Assembly (NCBI GenBank): GCA_043745805.1
Contig: JAYTSD010000001.1
Span: forward strand, 64,001-128,000
Origin: Fibrobacteria bacterium
GTDB lineage: Bacteria > Fibrobacterota > Fibrobacteria > UBA11236
DNA: 64,000 nucleotides
Direction: 5' to 3'
The position numbers were made by a program, and so were the translations under genes. This document shows, in pieces, positions 1 through 10,049 of this stretch. Numbering within the stretch: the stretch's first letter is position 1; each line of letters opens with the position of its first letter. The notes under the pieces were generated by a model. The model searched no databases and had not been told where the DNA came from. It saw nothing but the letters and a program-made list of their open reading frames with translations.

Positions 1-60
1 GCAGCCTTGGTCGGTTTAGATAAAGCCGTACGCGATATGTTGGAATTGTTGAAAGTATAA
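1..60 (+). CDS. 3' end of an unidentified CDS entering from upstream (partial)
   Basis: Frame 1 is open from base 1 (AALVGLDKAVRDMLELLKV) to TAA at 58-60 and converges on the next gene. Confidence 0.5.
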   Translation, partial: AALVGLDKAVRDMLELLKV

Positions 61-84
61 ATTAAGCCTAATGCAATATTAAGC

Positions 85-2250
85 TTAATTCAATAAAGTC
101 CAATCGACTCCAAAACGAAAAATCACTCCAGGTGGATGTACGCCAGGTTCAGGTGAATAGCGATCATGATTAAAATTCACCGCTTTAAAGAAGAAAATAA
201 AGCTTTTAATTTGCATTTGGGCTTTAAAGTCTAAGGCTAAATATTCATCTAATTTTACTACTGAGGAATTTCCTTGGCCATCGGAAGCCCAAGCATAGCG
301 AGTTCCAAACCATTCCCAATCCCAATCCAATTTTACTTTTAATTTATTATCCACTAATAATTTTTTCCAACCCAAATGGCCTTTGTAAATGGAATTAGAT
401 AATGCGCGATTGCTTAATAACTTTGTTTTAGACCAACCTTGCACTTCATTCACCAAGTGATAATTATTCTTTAATCCTAATTCCCAATGCCCTAAGCGTA
501 ATTCCATTCCTATATAAAACAAATCCAGATTTGCATCTCTATTCACTAATTTAAGACCCAAGGAATCGGGAACTAGGGTTTTTGCAGAATCGATGCAAAC
601 CTTGCTAGGCAAAGTGATATCTGCAGAATCTTTATTTTGAATTCTCTGGCAAATATTGGGATCGGGAGATAAAAGTGGAAGCCAAGCCTCTTGTATACTA
701 TTCATTTCCAAACCACCGGAAAGTGTAAGCCAAGACCATTCACTTTTTAAACCCCCATGAATTGAGGTATTTTTTTCGGGTTGTAAATTTGCATTCGGGT
801 AAAATCCATAATTTGGTTGTAAGCGATACATTTGCAAAGGCGTAGGCGCCTTTTGTTCCTCGCCCATACTGGCCTCGGCGGAAAATCCCCAAGGCAAATC
901 AAGGGCTAAGGAAGTTTGTCCATCGAATAAATAAATTTGTTTATTGTGCATTAAACTATGACGATGACTTTCGCTTAAAACTTCGCCTTGTAAAAAGCGC
1001 CAACGGGGTTGCCATTGTAAACCGAGGGCCTCTTTATCGCTCCAGCCGGAGGGGCTAGGTTTATTATCAAATCCTAAATAGAGAGGCGCATTATAAATTT
1101 CGGATTGTCCAGAAGCATAAATTCTCGGTAACCCCCAAACTTTGAGCAAGCGTGCCGAAACTTCGCCATCCTGCCAATCTCCCTCTTGCTTATGTAAAGC
1201 GGCTCGGGCGGAATGACTGGAGTCGTTTAAGCTTTCCTCTCTAACAAAGGAAGCGTGTCGGTAACGTATCCTATAAGATACGTTTGGTGTCCAAGCGGAA
1301 TAAATTCCTCCCAAAGTAAGGGCATTAAATCCCGAAGGCATGAGTGCTTGTTCGGAATCGTGTTTAACTAAATTGCGTGGATAGGTTAAGCTGCTTTTGT
1401 TTTCCACTTTGTCCATAAAAAATTCGGCTACACTATTGGTATCTAACCAGTAACCTAAGCGTACACGCATATTTTGTGCGTTTAAATAATGCGAATAGCC
1501 TTGCAAAACTAAGGAGGCGCTGTCCCTGTCAATGGGCTTATAAAGCTTTCCTAAAAAACCCCAGCCACTTAAAAAAGGTTGATGGGTTTGAAAGGGATAA
1601 TCAAAAAACTGCGAGTCCGCCGAGGCGGTCCAATAATCAATGGCGATATAAGTTTTTTCTGAAAGCATGCGACGCAAATTCACATGAAAAGTATTGTAAG
1701 CTAAAGCACCTTTACTCCAGTTGAGATGTGTTATCGGGGTGTCGAGTGGGGAAATAGGCTGCCAGTCTTCGCGAACCGCAAGGGCATGCCCTTGGCCATC
1801 GAGATGATAACCTAAAGCGGGGATTAAGCCGCCGTCTTGATAGGGAGAATAGTCGGCCAAAGGAAAATAAACCGAGCGATAGGGAATGGGTTTAAATTGT
1901 TGTAAGGAAAATATCTTGGCGCGCAAACCCGCATTGGGTAATTCATTGGAGTAAAGTGCGGCATTATTGCGGAAACAATTTAACGGACTATTCAGAGGTT
2001 CCACGCAGGTTACTAAGGAAGTCGAATCGGATTGATCCAAGTGATAAGCGCTATTCCGAATAGTAGTATCTTTAGCCAAAGCTTTAATTGGCGTTTTTAG
2101 GGTATCACGACCAATGGATTTTTTTATTGCAATAGCTTTTGTAGTGTCGTTTTTTTGCAGGCCCAAATCGTCGGCAAAGCAGGGATTAAGTAAAGAGAAT
2201 CCTAAAAATAAACTCAGGCTAAGTGAGATTAAGCGCATAAAAAATAACAT
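85..2250 (-). CDS. Large outer-membrane beta-barrel protein (putative porin / TonB-dependent-receptor-like barrel)
   Basis: 721 aa with a signal peptide, many amphipathic aromatic beta-strands and a terminal strand IFRFGVDWTLLN. Confidence 0.6.
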   Translation of the reverse strand: MLFFMRLISLSLSLFLGFSLLNPCFADDLGLQKNDTTKAIAIKKSIGRDTLKTPIKALAKDTTIRNSAYHLDQSDSTSLVTCVEPLNSPLNCFRNNAALYSNELPNAGLRAKIFSLQQFKPIPYRSVYFPLADYSPYQDGGLIPALGYHLDGQGHALAVREDWQPISPLDTPITHLNWSKGALAYNTFHVNLRRMLSEKTYIAIDYWTASADSQFFDYPFQTHQPFLSGWGFLGKLYKPIDRDSASLVLQGYSHYLNAQNMRVRLGYWLDTNSVAEFFMDKVENKSSLTYPRNLVKHDSEQALMPSGFNALTLGGIYSAWTPNVSYRIRYRHASFVREESLNDSSHSARAALHKQEGDWQDGEVSARLLKVWGLPRIYASGQSEIYNAPLYLGFDNKPSPSGWSDKEALGLQWQPRWRFLQGEVLSESHRHSLMHNKQIYLFDGQTSLALDLPWGFSAEASMGEEQKAPTPLQMYRLQPNYGFYPNANLQPEKNTSIHGGLKSEWSWLTLSGGLEMNSIQEAWLPLLSPDPNICQRIQNKDSADITLPSKVCIDSAKTLVPDSLGLKLVNRDANLDLFYIGMELRLGHWELGLKNNYHLVNEVQGWSKTKLLSNRALSNSIYKGHLGWKKLLVDNKLKVKLDWDWEWFGTRYAWASDGQGNSSVVKLDEYLALDFKAQMQIKSFIFFFKAVNFNHDRYSPEPGVHPPGVIFRFGVDWTLLN

Positions 2251-2321
2251 GGGGTCAAATTAGTTTTTTGTACGCTAATTGTGCATCAAAATGCAGGGCT
2301 ATTAAGCGCCACTAAGCGCTA

Positions 2322-2651
2322 TTAAGCCCCATTAATGAATTTTTTAATCTCTTCCCAATTGTCTTCAAAGCGTATGCCTTTATCATCGATATACACATCC
2401 GCATAAATCTTTCTTGTGCCTAAATCCGCGCCTGGAACGGCCGTATTAATGGAATCGAAAGGCACATCATGCTCAATCAAAAATTCACGCACATCGCGCT
2501 CTTCTTGCCCTTGACGACAAGTCCAAATGGCAATTTTATGACCTTTTTTCTTAAATGCTTTTAAGGCCTCGCGAGCACCGGTTTTTAATTTTCCGATTTT
2601 TGGGTATTCATGATCGACGACGGTTCCGTCAAAATCTACAGCTAAAATCAT
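2322..2651 (-). CDS. Minimal capless HAD-superfamily phosphatase (BT0820-like)
   Basis: Motif I AVDFDGT, motif II IWTCR, motifs III/IV KIYADVYIDDK; 109 aa. Confidence 0.85.
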   Translation of the reverse strand: MILAVDFDGTVVDHEYPKIGKLKTGAREALKAFKKKGHKIAIWTCRQGQEERDVREFLIEHDVPFDSINTAVPGADLGTRKIYADVYIDDKGIRFEDNWEEIKKFINGA

Positions 2652-2657
2652 AGGTTT

Positions 2658-3650
2658 TTAAATTTCCAATATCCAAGTGTTTAGGGCATGTTGGAATTCT
2701 ACCATGGATCGGGGTCTTTCGTCGATATCGCGACTCATACAATGCAATAAAAATTCACGTAGTTTTTCGCCTTTTTTGAAGGGGATTTCGGGAACTTCGG
2801 GTTCAACTCGTGCTAAAGCGGCAATGCCCTCTTCGCGGAAATTAATTTCTTCGCGCTTGGCAAAAGGATGTACGCCGGTAAAGGCAAAAGTGGCCATGGC
2901 GGCCAAAGAAAAAATATCGGTGCGATTATCAATTTTATAATACTCACCTTGTAATTGTTCATAAGACATATGCGAAGGTGTTCCAAGTACGGTCATATGT
3001 TCATCACCCACATCACCTTCTACATGAATCCAGCGCGCCGCGCCTAAATCACTGAGAAAAGGTTCCCAACCTTTGACAATAATATTGCTGGGCTTTAAAT
3101 CGCGATGAATCACGCCCCGAAAATGTAATTCGCCCACAAGGCCCGCTACCGCATTGATAAATACAATACGACGCATGAGCTCTTTCACATCTTTGGGTGC
3201 TTTTTTAATGAGGTCATGAAAATTAGGACCATCGATATATTCCATCATGGTGAAATAATGTTTGTTATGCAAATTACCATAATCAAAAATCTTCACTAAA
3301 TTGCGCACATTTTGCGAAGTTAAAAAAGTATTGTAAAAAATTTCCGTCATAAAACTTTTGACAATTTTATTGTTCGACATGGTACGTGGCGTACGATATA
3401 AAGAGGGACGTAACACGCGTAATACTACGCTGTGCAGCCCTTTGCCAATCACATGCACGTTCGGTGCTAAAAAAACATCGCAGAAGCCACCCGACCCCAG
3501 CCATTTGCTAATGGTGAAGCCTGGATCGTAGGCTTTAAAGTCCGCTTCCAAATTTTGGCGATAAATTTCCAAATAATCGCTGCCACGTTCGGGCAATTTG
3601 TTTTTGCCTGAGCCTAACCAATTGGTGATGCTATCTAAGGAAAAATCCAT
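2658..3650 (-). CDS. Soluble Hanks-type Ser/Thr protein kinase-like protein
   Basis: Gly loop LGSGGFCDVF, catalytic loop HRDLKPSN, DLG, GTPSHMSYEQ, DIFSL; no TM segment; beta3 Lys appears replaced by Arg (VVLRVL). Confidence 0.85.
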   Translation of the reverse strand: MDFSLDSITNWLGSGKNKLPERGSDYLEIYRQNLEADFKAYDPGFTISKWLGSGGFCDVFLAPNVHVIGKGLHSVVLRVLRPSLYRTPRTMSNNKIVKSFMTEIFYNTFLTSQNVRNLVKIFDYGNLHNKHYFTMMEYIDGPNFHDLIKKAPKDVKELMRRIVFINAVAGLVGELHFRGVIHRDLKPSNIIVKGWEPFLSDLGAARWIHVEGDVGDEHMTVLGTPSHMSYEQLQGEYYKIDNRTDIFSLAAMATFAFTGVHPFAKREEINFREEGIAALARVEPEVPEIPFKKGEKLREFLLHCMSRDIDERPRSMVEFQHALNTWILEI

Positions 3651-3818
3651 ATATCCCCGCTTTCGCCCTAAAGCATATCAAAAACCGTAACTTCTCTCAA
3701 TCCAGTAATTTTGCCCAGACCTGAACACTCAACGTAAACACCATTTTGGGCTATATTTAAAGCACGGACAAGGATTTCTTTGATTGTCTTCCAAACTTAG
3801 GGCTATGGATAAAATATT

Positions 3819-4940
3819 TTGAGCACAAACTTTGCAAAATTACCTCCTAAGGGGGCATTGGTCGCTGTGGCGATGAGTGGAGGCGTTGATTCTTCGGCGG
3901 CTGCTTTATTAATTCAAAGAGCCGGATATCAAGCTGTTGGGGTTACTATGAAGTTGTGGAGTCCTCCAGTAACAGCATGTAGCACTGATAGTGCTGACAA
4001 AACCTGTTGCACGGTGGATAGTGCCATGGATGCGAAACGGGTTTGTGATCAAATTGGCATTCCGCATTTTACTTTGGATATGCAGGACGATTTTGAAGCG
4101 CGCGTGATTCAGCCTTTTTATGAAGCGTATTTGCAAGGTGAAACGCCTAATCCCTGTGTGAATTGTAATAGTTTTGTAAAATGGGATGCGCTGTGGAAAC
4201 GCGCAAAATCCGTGGGCGCGGAGTATTTGGCCACCGGTCATTATGCCACGGTTTTACATGAAGGCGAAAGAGCTTTTATTGAACGCGGTTCCGATCCCGC
4301 CAAGGATCAAAGTTATTTTTTATGGGGTATCCCTCCAGTTACCTTAATGCGCACGCTTTTTCCTTTAGCCGCTTTAACTAAGCCTGAAGTTCGTGCTTTG
4401 GCCACCGAAGCTGGTTTGCGCACAGCACAAAAAAGTGAAAGCCAAGATATTTGTTTTATTCCCGATGGTAATTATCGAACCTTTATTGCGGATCGTGCTA
4501 AAGAGCAAGGATTGTCTCCTGAAGCCGGTCGCATATTAGGGCCTGATGGCGAAGACCGCGGCGCCCATTTAGGCTTGCCTTATTATACCATTGGACAACG
4601 CAAAGGCATTGGCGTCGCAACAGGCGAACCGGTATTTGTGAAAAAACTCGATCGAGCTACGAACACTTTATTATTAGGTCGCAAAGATGATTTGTATAGC
4701 CAAGGTTTTCATGCCGACCGCTTAAATTTTTTCGGTGATGATTTTGATACTTTGGAATGCCAAGTGCAATATCGTTATCGCGCACAAACCAAGCAGGGCA
4801 TTTTAAAAAACCTAGGTGATGGTAAAATTACCGTAACTTTGAAGGAACCCGGCTATTGTGTGTCTCCAGGGCAATCGGCGGTTTTTTATGATGGCGCAAA
4901 ACTTTTAGGCGGCGCTCGTATTCGCGAAGTGATTTATTAG
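3819..4940 (+). CDS. mnmA: tRNA-specific 2-thiouridylase MnmA
   Basis: AMSGGVDSS, TPNPCVNCN, ATGHY, KDQSYFL, ESQDICF, YTIGQRKG, PGQSAVFY; TTG start. Confidence 0.97.
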   Translation: MSTNFAKLPPKGALVAVAMSGGVDSSAAALLIQRAGYQAVGVTMKLWSPPVTACSTDSADKTCCTVDSAMDAKRVCDQIGIPHFTLDMQDDFEARVIQPFYEAYLQGETPNPCVNCNSFVKWDALWKRAKSVGAEYLATGHYATVLHEGERAFIERGSDPAKDQSYFLWGIPPVTLMRTLFPLAALTKPEVRALATEAGLRTAQKSESQDICFIPDGNYRTFIADRAKEQGLSPEAGRILGPDGEDRGAHLGLPYYTIGQRKGIGVATGEPVFVKKLDRATNTLLLGRKDDLYSQGFHADRLNFFGDDFDTLECQVQYRYRAQTKQGILKNLGDGKITVTLKEPGYCVSPGQSAVFYDGAKLLGGARIREVIY

Positions 4941-4946
4941 GAGGCT

Positions 4947-4965
4947 CTGAGCTTGTCGAAATGAC
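4947..4965 (+). repeat. REP-like repeat copy (CTGAGCTTGTCGAA core)
   Basis: ctgagcttgtcgaaatgac between convergent genes; same core at 6695-6722, 6799-6822, 61025-61045 and 61081-61103. Confidence 0.65.
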
Positions 4966-4970
4966 AGTTC

Positions 4971-6233
4971 TTATAAGGTCTCTTTAATTTTCATCTCCAA
5001 AAAATTCATTTCTGTTTTGGACGCGGTCATTTGCTGTGCTTGACTAAAGTATTTACGCGCTTCCGTCCTTTCACCATTTTGTAAATACAATTCGCCTAAA
5101 GTCGCATAAAGCAGATAATAATTTTTTAATCGATCATCTTCGCGTAAGTCGAGTAATTGACAAATCGCTTTTTGTGGACTTTCCATTTGTGAAAGAATTA
5201 TGGCTCGGTTTAGTTTTATCACCGGATTATTTTTCATTTCCCCCAAAACTTCATATAAAGAATCTATGCGGCTCCAATTCGTAGAAGCAAAATCTTTGGC
5301 CGTGCAATGTTCAGCGGCGATGGACGCTTCAACATGGTATTCCGATAAGAGATTGCCTTGGGCGGACGAGGTTAAAAAAACCAATCCTTGAAGAATTAAT
5401 TTTTGATTCCACTGCGAACGATTTTGTTGCGAAAAAATAATCAAAGCGCCTTTATCATCGATACGACTTTCAAAACGCGCCACATGAAAACACATTAATG
5501 CCATCAAGGCCTTGGCCTCCATTTGTTCGGGGAAATGTTCTATGAGTAACATGCAAAGTCGCATAGCTTCGGCGCATAAATCTTTGCGGATTAGAAAATC
5601 GGGATGCGAAGAATTATACCCTTCATTAAAAAGCAAATAAATGCACATATAAGCGCTTTGCAAACGGCTTTCCAAAGCTTCGCCCTCGGGAATTTCCAAA
5701 GGCAAATTTTTTTGCCGAAACTCTTCTTTAGCGCGATAAAGTCTTTTTTGAATGGTAGCTTCTTGCGTGAATAAAGCATTGGCGATTTCTTGAGCATTAA
5801 AGCCGCAAAGAATTTTTAAAGTAATAGCGATTTGCGATTCTATAGGAAGTAATGGATGACAGCACACAAAAATCATACGTAACATAGAATCTTTGACTTG
5901 CGACTCCTGGAAATTATTTTCTAATTCCGCATCATTTAATAATTCCGGTAAAATATCCAAAGCATGTAAATCGGGAATTTTTTCTCGCTTGATAAAATTC
6001 AAAAGCTTTCGTTTTGCCACGGTTAAAACCCAAGCGCTGGGATTTTCGGGGACTTTGTCGAAGCTCCATTGTTGCAGGGCTGCAATTAAGGTTTCTTGCA
6101 CCATATCTTCGGCTAAAGCCAAATTTTTAATGCCGAATATTTTTGTGAGTAGGGATACAATTCGTCCCGCCTCATGGCGAAAAAAATGATCCATCCAGCC
6201 ATCTATTGATGCGGTGGATGGACCTTGGTCCAT
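4971..6233 (-). CDS. ECF sigma factor with long C-terminal TPR extension (ECF42-type, DUF6596)
   Basis: AEDMVQETLIAALQQW, LRMIFVCCHP, YLLFNEGY, LCAEAMRL, NRSQWN; immediately downstream of a DGPF/YCII gene. Confidence 0.9.
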   Translation of the reverse strand: MDQGPSTASIDGWMDHFFRHEAGRIVSLLTKIFGIKNLALAEDMVQETLIAALQQWSFDKVPENPSAWVLTVAKRKLLNFIKREKIPDLHALDILPELLNDAELENNFQESQVKDSMLRMIFVCCHPLLPIESQIAITLKILCGFNAQEIANALFTQEATIQKRLYRAKEEFRQKNLPLEIPEGEALESRLQSAYMCIYLLFNEGYNSSHPDFLIRKDLCAEAMRLCMLLIEHFPEQMEAKALMALMCFHVARFESRIDDKGALIIFSQQNRSQWNQKLILQGLVFLTSSAQGNLLSEYHVEASIAAEHCTAKDFASTNWSRIDSLYEVLGEMKNNPVIKLNRAIILSQMESPQKAICQLLDLREDDRLKNYYLLYATLGELYLQNGERTEARKYFSQAQQMTASKTEMNFLEMKIKETL

Positions 6234-6569
6234 TTACATTTTTCCAATACGGCGAACAATAATTTCGCAATGATTGATCAAAGGGCAGTCTTTAGCTAAG
6301 GCCACCGCTTCCTCATAATCTTTCGCTTTGATAAGTACATAGCCGCCAATAATTTCTTTACCTTCCAAGAAAGGACCATCGGTTAATACGGTACTTTTAT
6401 TTTTGAGGTAACGTCCAGTGCCTGGTTCAAGCGGTGCGCCACCTTTGTAACGCCCTTCGGCGGTCATTTTTTCCATCCAAGGCATATAGGCCATCATACG
6501 TTTTTGCATATCTTCGGGAGAAACATTGGCATAATCGCCGGTGCTGATGATTAACATAAATTCGTCCAT
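6234..6569 (-). CDS. YCII-related (DGPF) protein
   Basis: TDGPFLEGKEIIGGY motif; typical ECF42 partner. Confidence 0.92.
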   Translation of the reverse strand: MDEFMLIISTGDYANVSPEDMQKRMMAYMPWMEKMTAEGRYKGGAPLEPGTGRYLKNKSTVLTDGPFLEGKEIIGGYVLIKAKDYEEAVALAKDCPLINHCEIIVRRIGKM

Positions 6570-6638
6570 GAGATTTCCTTTTTAAAGAAGTTAATTAAAC
6601 GAGTGATCTTTAAGATTAGATCCTTTACTCAACTGTAT

Positions 6639-6665
6639 GACAATCGAAAAGAACTAAATAGGACA
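6639..6665 (-). promoter_or_regulatory. Putative ECF42-type autoregulatory promoter
   Basis: Minus strand TGTCCT-N17-TGTC about 70 bp upstream of the DGPF gene, resembling the ECF42 TGTCGA...CGTC consensus. Confidence 0.45.
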
Positions 6666-6694
6666 AACTTTTAAAAATATTTTTTGTAGGGGGG

Positions 6695-6722
6695 CGGTGC
6701 GCATCGACAAGCTCTGCGTCCG
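6695..6722 (-). repeat. REP-like palindromic repeat copy
   Basis: cggtgcgcatcgacaagctctgcgtccg; its reverse complement contains cagagcttgtcga with a flanking stem. Confidence 0.6.
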
Positions 6723-6798
6723 TGAGTATTTTTATTTATTGTGATCATAGCGATTGTCGATGAGTACGTAGATGCCAGGGTCACTCGATAGGTTTTCC

Positions 6799-6822
6799 GG
6801 TCACTGAGCTTGCCGAATTGAC
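6799..6822 (+). repeat. REP-like palindromic repeat copy overlapping a stop codon
   Basis: ggtcactgagcttgccgaattgac supplies the last codons (IRQAQ*) of the minus-strand ORF ending at 6801. Confidence 0.65.
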
Positions 6823-7283
6823 TCCGATTCTGTTTTTTGTTTCAACGCTTGGTATTCTAGACTTTGTTTAACCGCAGCGGCAATTTTTTTTTCGCGTTGT
6901 TTCTCTTGAGTTAAGCAAACTTTGCCTCTGGCGCTGGCGATATAGGCGTTTTCAATTTTTTGTTCTAGGGTATACTTCCTTTGTAGTAACTCCTGAATAG
7001 CCGTATCATTAGGGTTAACGTCTTTAAGTTTTGCCTCCAAAAGGGCTTGGTCAAGAGAAGCGAGATCTTTTTCATTAAGTCTAGCTACTTTTAAAAACTC
7101 CTGTTTTTCTTGACGACAAATGCGCAAGTTTTTTTGATCAGTAGGGGTTAATACTTTTACTGTTAAAGCTCTTTGCAAAGAATCCAGTCTGATTCTAGCA
7201 GGAATTGTTTCTTGGCTAAATTGGCTGAAGGATGGGGCGCTGAATAAACTTAATAGGACGAAAAATAAGGTAATTTTTAACAT
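6801..7283 (-). CDS. Hypothetical exported helical protein
   Basis: Start at ATG 7283 gives a clean signal peptide (MLKITLFFVLLSLFSAPSFSQ) and avoids overlap with the divergent gene. Confidence 0.65.
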   Translation of the reverse strand: MLKITLFFVLLSLFSAPSFSQFSQETIPARIRLDSLQRALTVKVLTPTDQKNLRICRQEKQEFLKVARLNEKDLASLDQALLEAKLKDVNPNDTAIQELLQRKYTLEQKIENAYIASARGKVCLTQEKQREKKIAAAVKQSLEYQALKQKTESESIRQAQ

Positions 7284-7366
7284 GCGTTCAAAAATAACAA
7301 AAAACAGCGCGTAACATATTCTCAGGAAATACGACTTAGCTGGGGTAGAACTGGAGCCGGTTGCCA

Positions 7367-8140
7367 ATGACAAAGTCGATAAAACTTATACTTCCATTCA
7401 TCGCTCTTTTATTCGCAATGCCTCGGTCTTTACTCGCTATTGAAACTTCAATACTTAATTCAAAAATGGAAAGTGGTTTTGCGATAGTGGAGCTTTTTAC
7501 CTCCGAAGGTTGTTCGAGTTGTCCACCTGCCGACCGTTTACTTTCCGATTTAGCCGAAGAGGCCTCGCGCAAAGGCAAACCTATTTATGCCTTATCCTTT
7601 CATGTGGATTATTGGAATTATTTGGGCTGGAAAGATCCCTTCGGCCGCAAAGAATTTTCTCTAAGACAAGAAAAATATGCCCAAGCAATGGCAGGCCGCA
7701 TTTATACTCCCCAAATGATTATTAATGGGAAAGAAGAATTTACGGGTTCTGATGCCGATAAAGCTAATAGCATCATTGCCTCCCAGTTAGCGCAGAAAAA
7801 CCCAGTAGCTATTAATTTAGAAGTTCAACTTGCGCAGGGAAAACATAGCGTAACCATAAAGTATCGTATCGCAGGTAATACTTCTGGGATTTTGATCAAT
7901 TTGGCATTGGTTGAAAAGGGCTTAAGCATCTCGGTAAAAAATGGAGAAAATGGAGGGCGTATTTTACATCATGATAATGTTGTCCGCTCCTTTAAAACCT
8001 TTAAACTGGAAGCGGCAACCGGACAAGCTGAACTCGAAATTCCAGAGGGTGTAAAATTGGAAAACGCTTCATTAATCGTATATACACAAGAAACGCAATC
8101 ATTGTCTGTGGTGGCCGCTACACGTATCGGTTTACATTGA
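7367..8140 (+). CDS. DUF1223-family thioredoxin-like exported protein
   Basis: VELFTSEGCSSCPPAD, HVDYWNYLGWKDPF, YTPQMIING, GENGGR.L.H.NVVR. Confidence 0.92.
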   Translation: MTKSIKLILPFIALLFAMPRSLLAIETSILNSKMESGFAIVELFTSEGCSSCPPADRLLSDLAEEASRKGKPIYALSFHVDYWNYLGWKDPFGRKEFSLRQEKYAQAMAGRIYTPQMIINGKEEFTGSDADKANSIIASQLAQKNPVAINLEVQLAQGKHSVTIKYRIAGNTSGILINLALVEKGLSISVKNGENGGRILHHDNVVRSFKTFKLEAATGQAELEIPEGVKLENASLIVYTQETQSLSVVAATRIGLH

Positions 8141-8313
8141 ATTAACCATAGTTTTCGCGGTTTATTATTTACCCAACAACTTCTCCCAAACGCTGATTTT
8201 TTTTCGCTAGCCATTAATCGAGAGGTTACCAGTTATTACCTTTTTAGGGATAATTAGTTGTCCAGCTAATTAGGTAAACTGAAAACATCAATCAAAGAAA
8301 TAAGAGGCTTCGC

Positions 8314-9135
8314 ATGAAAAAACTTCTCGCCTTCTTAATAGTAACTTACGCTATTCCGGTACTTGCAGTGCATTCTTATTTCACTTTCAAGGGCGTGATT
8401 GGGATCGTTACGGGTAATGACAGTGCTTCCTATGTTTATGCCCAGAATATTCATGTTAACGATTCGGTTACCTATATTATGGCCATTGATACGACTTTGG
8501 CACCGGCTATTGATAGAAAAGGATTCGCGAGAATTACTTCTACTAAAACACCTGTACCTGGAGTCGCTGCTTTTTTTGACTCTTTAGCTTCAATTCCTAA
8601 ATTTGTTAAAGGCAAAGGGGATTCCTCTATCTTGTACGATTGTATTCGCGCCTCGGCGCCACCTACTGGCTTTGCATTCACCTTACAAACTATATATACC
8701 GGCATTGATACCAACATCAACGTACAACTTTCATTTCCTGGATCTTCATGGTTACCTTCCTTAGGCGCCCAGGGAACGGGAGCAGAAATTATGGCTACCA
8801 AAGTAAATGGGGTGAATCATACGGCGACTATTTACAGTCAAATGAAATTAGTTGCGATTAGCAATACACCGCCCACTGCAGGGATTCAAAACCAAACTGT
8901 AAATAAATTGTCCCCCGCTTGGGCCGATGCACAGTTGGTCGGAAATACTTTGAATATAAAGAATTATTCTCAAAGTTCAGCCGAAATACGTATCCTGAAT
9001 GTTACGGGTAAAACTTTGCGCTTGCAAAAAATAAAAGCTTTGGAAGCATTAGTTTTGTCCGAGTTACCCAAAGGGGTATTTTATTTGCGCCTTTCCGGTG
9101 AAGGCTCAATTTTGCAACAATCCTTTAGGCATTGA
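8314..9135 (+). CDS. Secreted protein with T9SS type-A C-terminal sorting domain
   Basis: Signal peptide; C-terminus IRILNVTGKTL...LSELPKGVFYLRL resembles the Por secretion tail. Confidence 0.7.
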   Translation: MKKLLAFLIVTYAIPVLAVHSYFTFKGVIGIVTGNDSASYVYAQNIHVNDSVTYIMAIDTTLAPAIDRKGFARITSTKTPVPGVAAFFDSLASIPKFVKGKGDSSILYDCIRASAPPTGFAFTLQTIYTGIDTNINVQLSFPGSSWLPSLGAQGTGAEIMATKVNGVNHTATIYSQMKLVAISNTPPTAGIQNQTVNKLSPAWADAQLVGNTLNIKNYSQSSAEIRILNVTGKTLRLQKIKALEALVLSELPKGVFYLRLSGEGSILQQSFRH

Positions 9136-9292
9136 TCTGTAATCGCAAGTGTCTTGTCTTGGCAGCTCTTGTCAAGGGAGAGCATGAGTTTGTAATAACC
9201 TTCGACGCAGATTTAGAAAATTTATTTTTACATACCCCAGATTTACATAGAAGTAATTAGCTTTTTCTCACGTTCAAATTAAAGGGAAATTC

Positions 9293-9967
9293 ATGAAAAA
9301 CCAAAATATTGTTTTAATTAGTGTCATCAGCTTGAGCTTAGGTTTAAGTTTTGCGGAAAGCAAATATGGCGCGAGCCTTAAGTCGGCAGCTACTTCCGCA
9401 GGCGCTTCTGTTGAAGCAACCAAGAAAAAGGCAGAAGATTCTGCAAAAATGGTGGCGGAGTCAGCTGCCAAAAAAACTTCAGATTCTTTGAAGACCGTTG
9501 CGGCAACTGCTGAAATGAATGCCAAAAGAATCGCAGACTCTTTAAAAGCAATAGTTTTAAAAACCCATAAAGATTCAACCAAAAAAGTTACTCCGGCCCC
9601 AACATCTGCGCCTGTTGAAAATACCAAGGTGGAAACCACCGCTCCAGCCCCTGTCGCCAAAGCTAGCGCTTCTGCAAAAATTGCTTTTGGAACCTCGGTG
9701 GAAGATAAAGAAATCCAAGGGGAAGCTACTGAATTTGCAGCGGGCACCGTAAGTACTTGGAGCCGTTTAGCTTTAGGCGCTGGTGCGGTTAAAGTGAAGC
9801 ATGTTTGGTATAAAGAAGGTAAAATGGTTAAAGAAATTGCCATGACTAGTAAATCCGGTACGGGTCGGGTTTGGAGTAACGCTACGGTTACTGCTGGTAA
9901 ATGGAAAGTGGAAGTCGTTTCTGAAGCAGGTGACATTGTTGCTTCTGGCGAATTTACTGTAAAGTAA
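9293..9967 (+). CDS. Exported protein with Ala/Lys/Thr-rich linker and C-terminal DUF2914-like domain
   Basis: VKHVWYKEG...RVWS...GKWKVEVVSEAG..V....FTV is characteristic of DUF2914. Confidence 0.75.
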   Translation: MKNQNIVLISVISLSLGLSFAESKYGASLKSAATSAGASVEATKKKAEDSAKMVAESAAKKTSDSLKTVAATAEMNAKRIADSLKAIVLKTHKDSTKKVTPAPTSAPVENTKVETTAPAPVAKASASAKIAFGTSVEDKEIQGEATEFAAGTVSTWSRLALGAGAVKVKHVWYKEGKMVKEIAMTSKSGTGRVWSNATVTAGKWKVEVVSEAGDIVASGEFTVK

Positions 9968-10010
9968 TCGAAATATTCTTCAATATTAAATTGAGGGAGA
10001 TTTTATGTAT

Positions 10011-10049
10011 TAAAAATCCGAAGTGAACAAAAACAGCTTCGGATTTTTT
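10011..10049. terminator. Probable bidirectional terminator
   Basis: Inverted repeat aaaaatccgaag / cttcggattttt between convergent genes. Confidence 0.6.

Noticed and set aside
9274-9936. 220-aa minus-strand ORF
   Set aside because: Antisense shadow of the DUF2914-like gene; no motifs or RBS.
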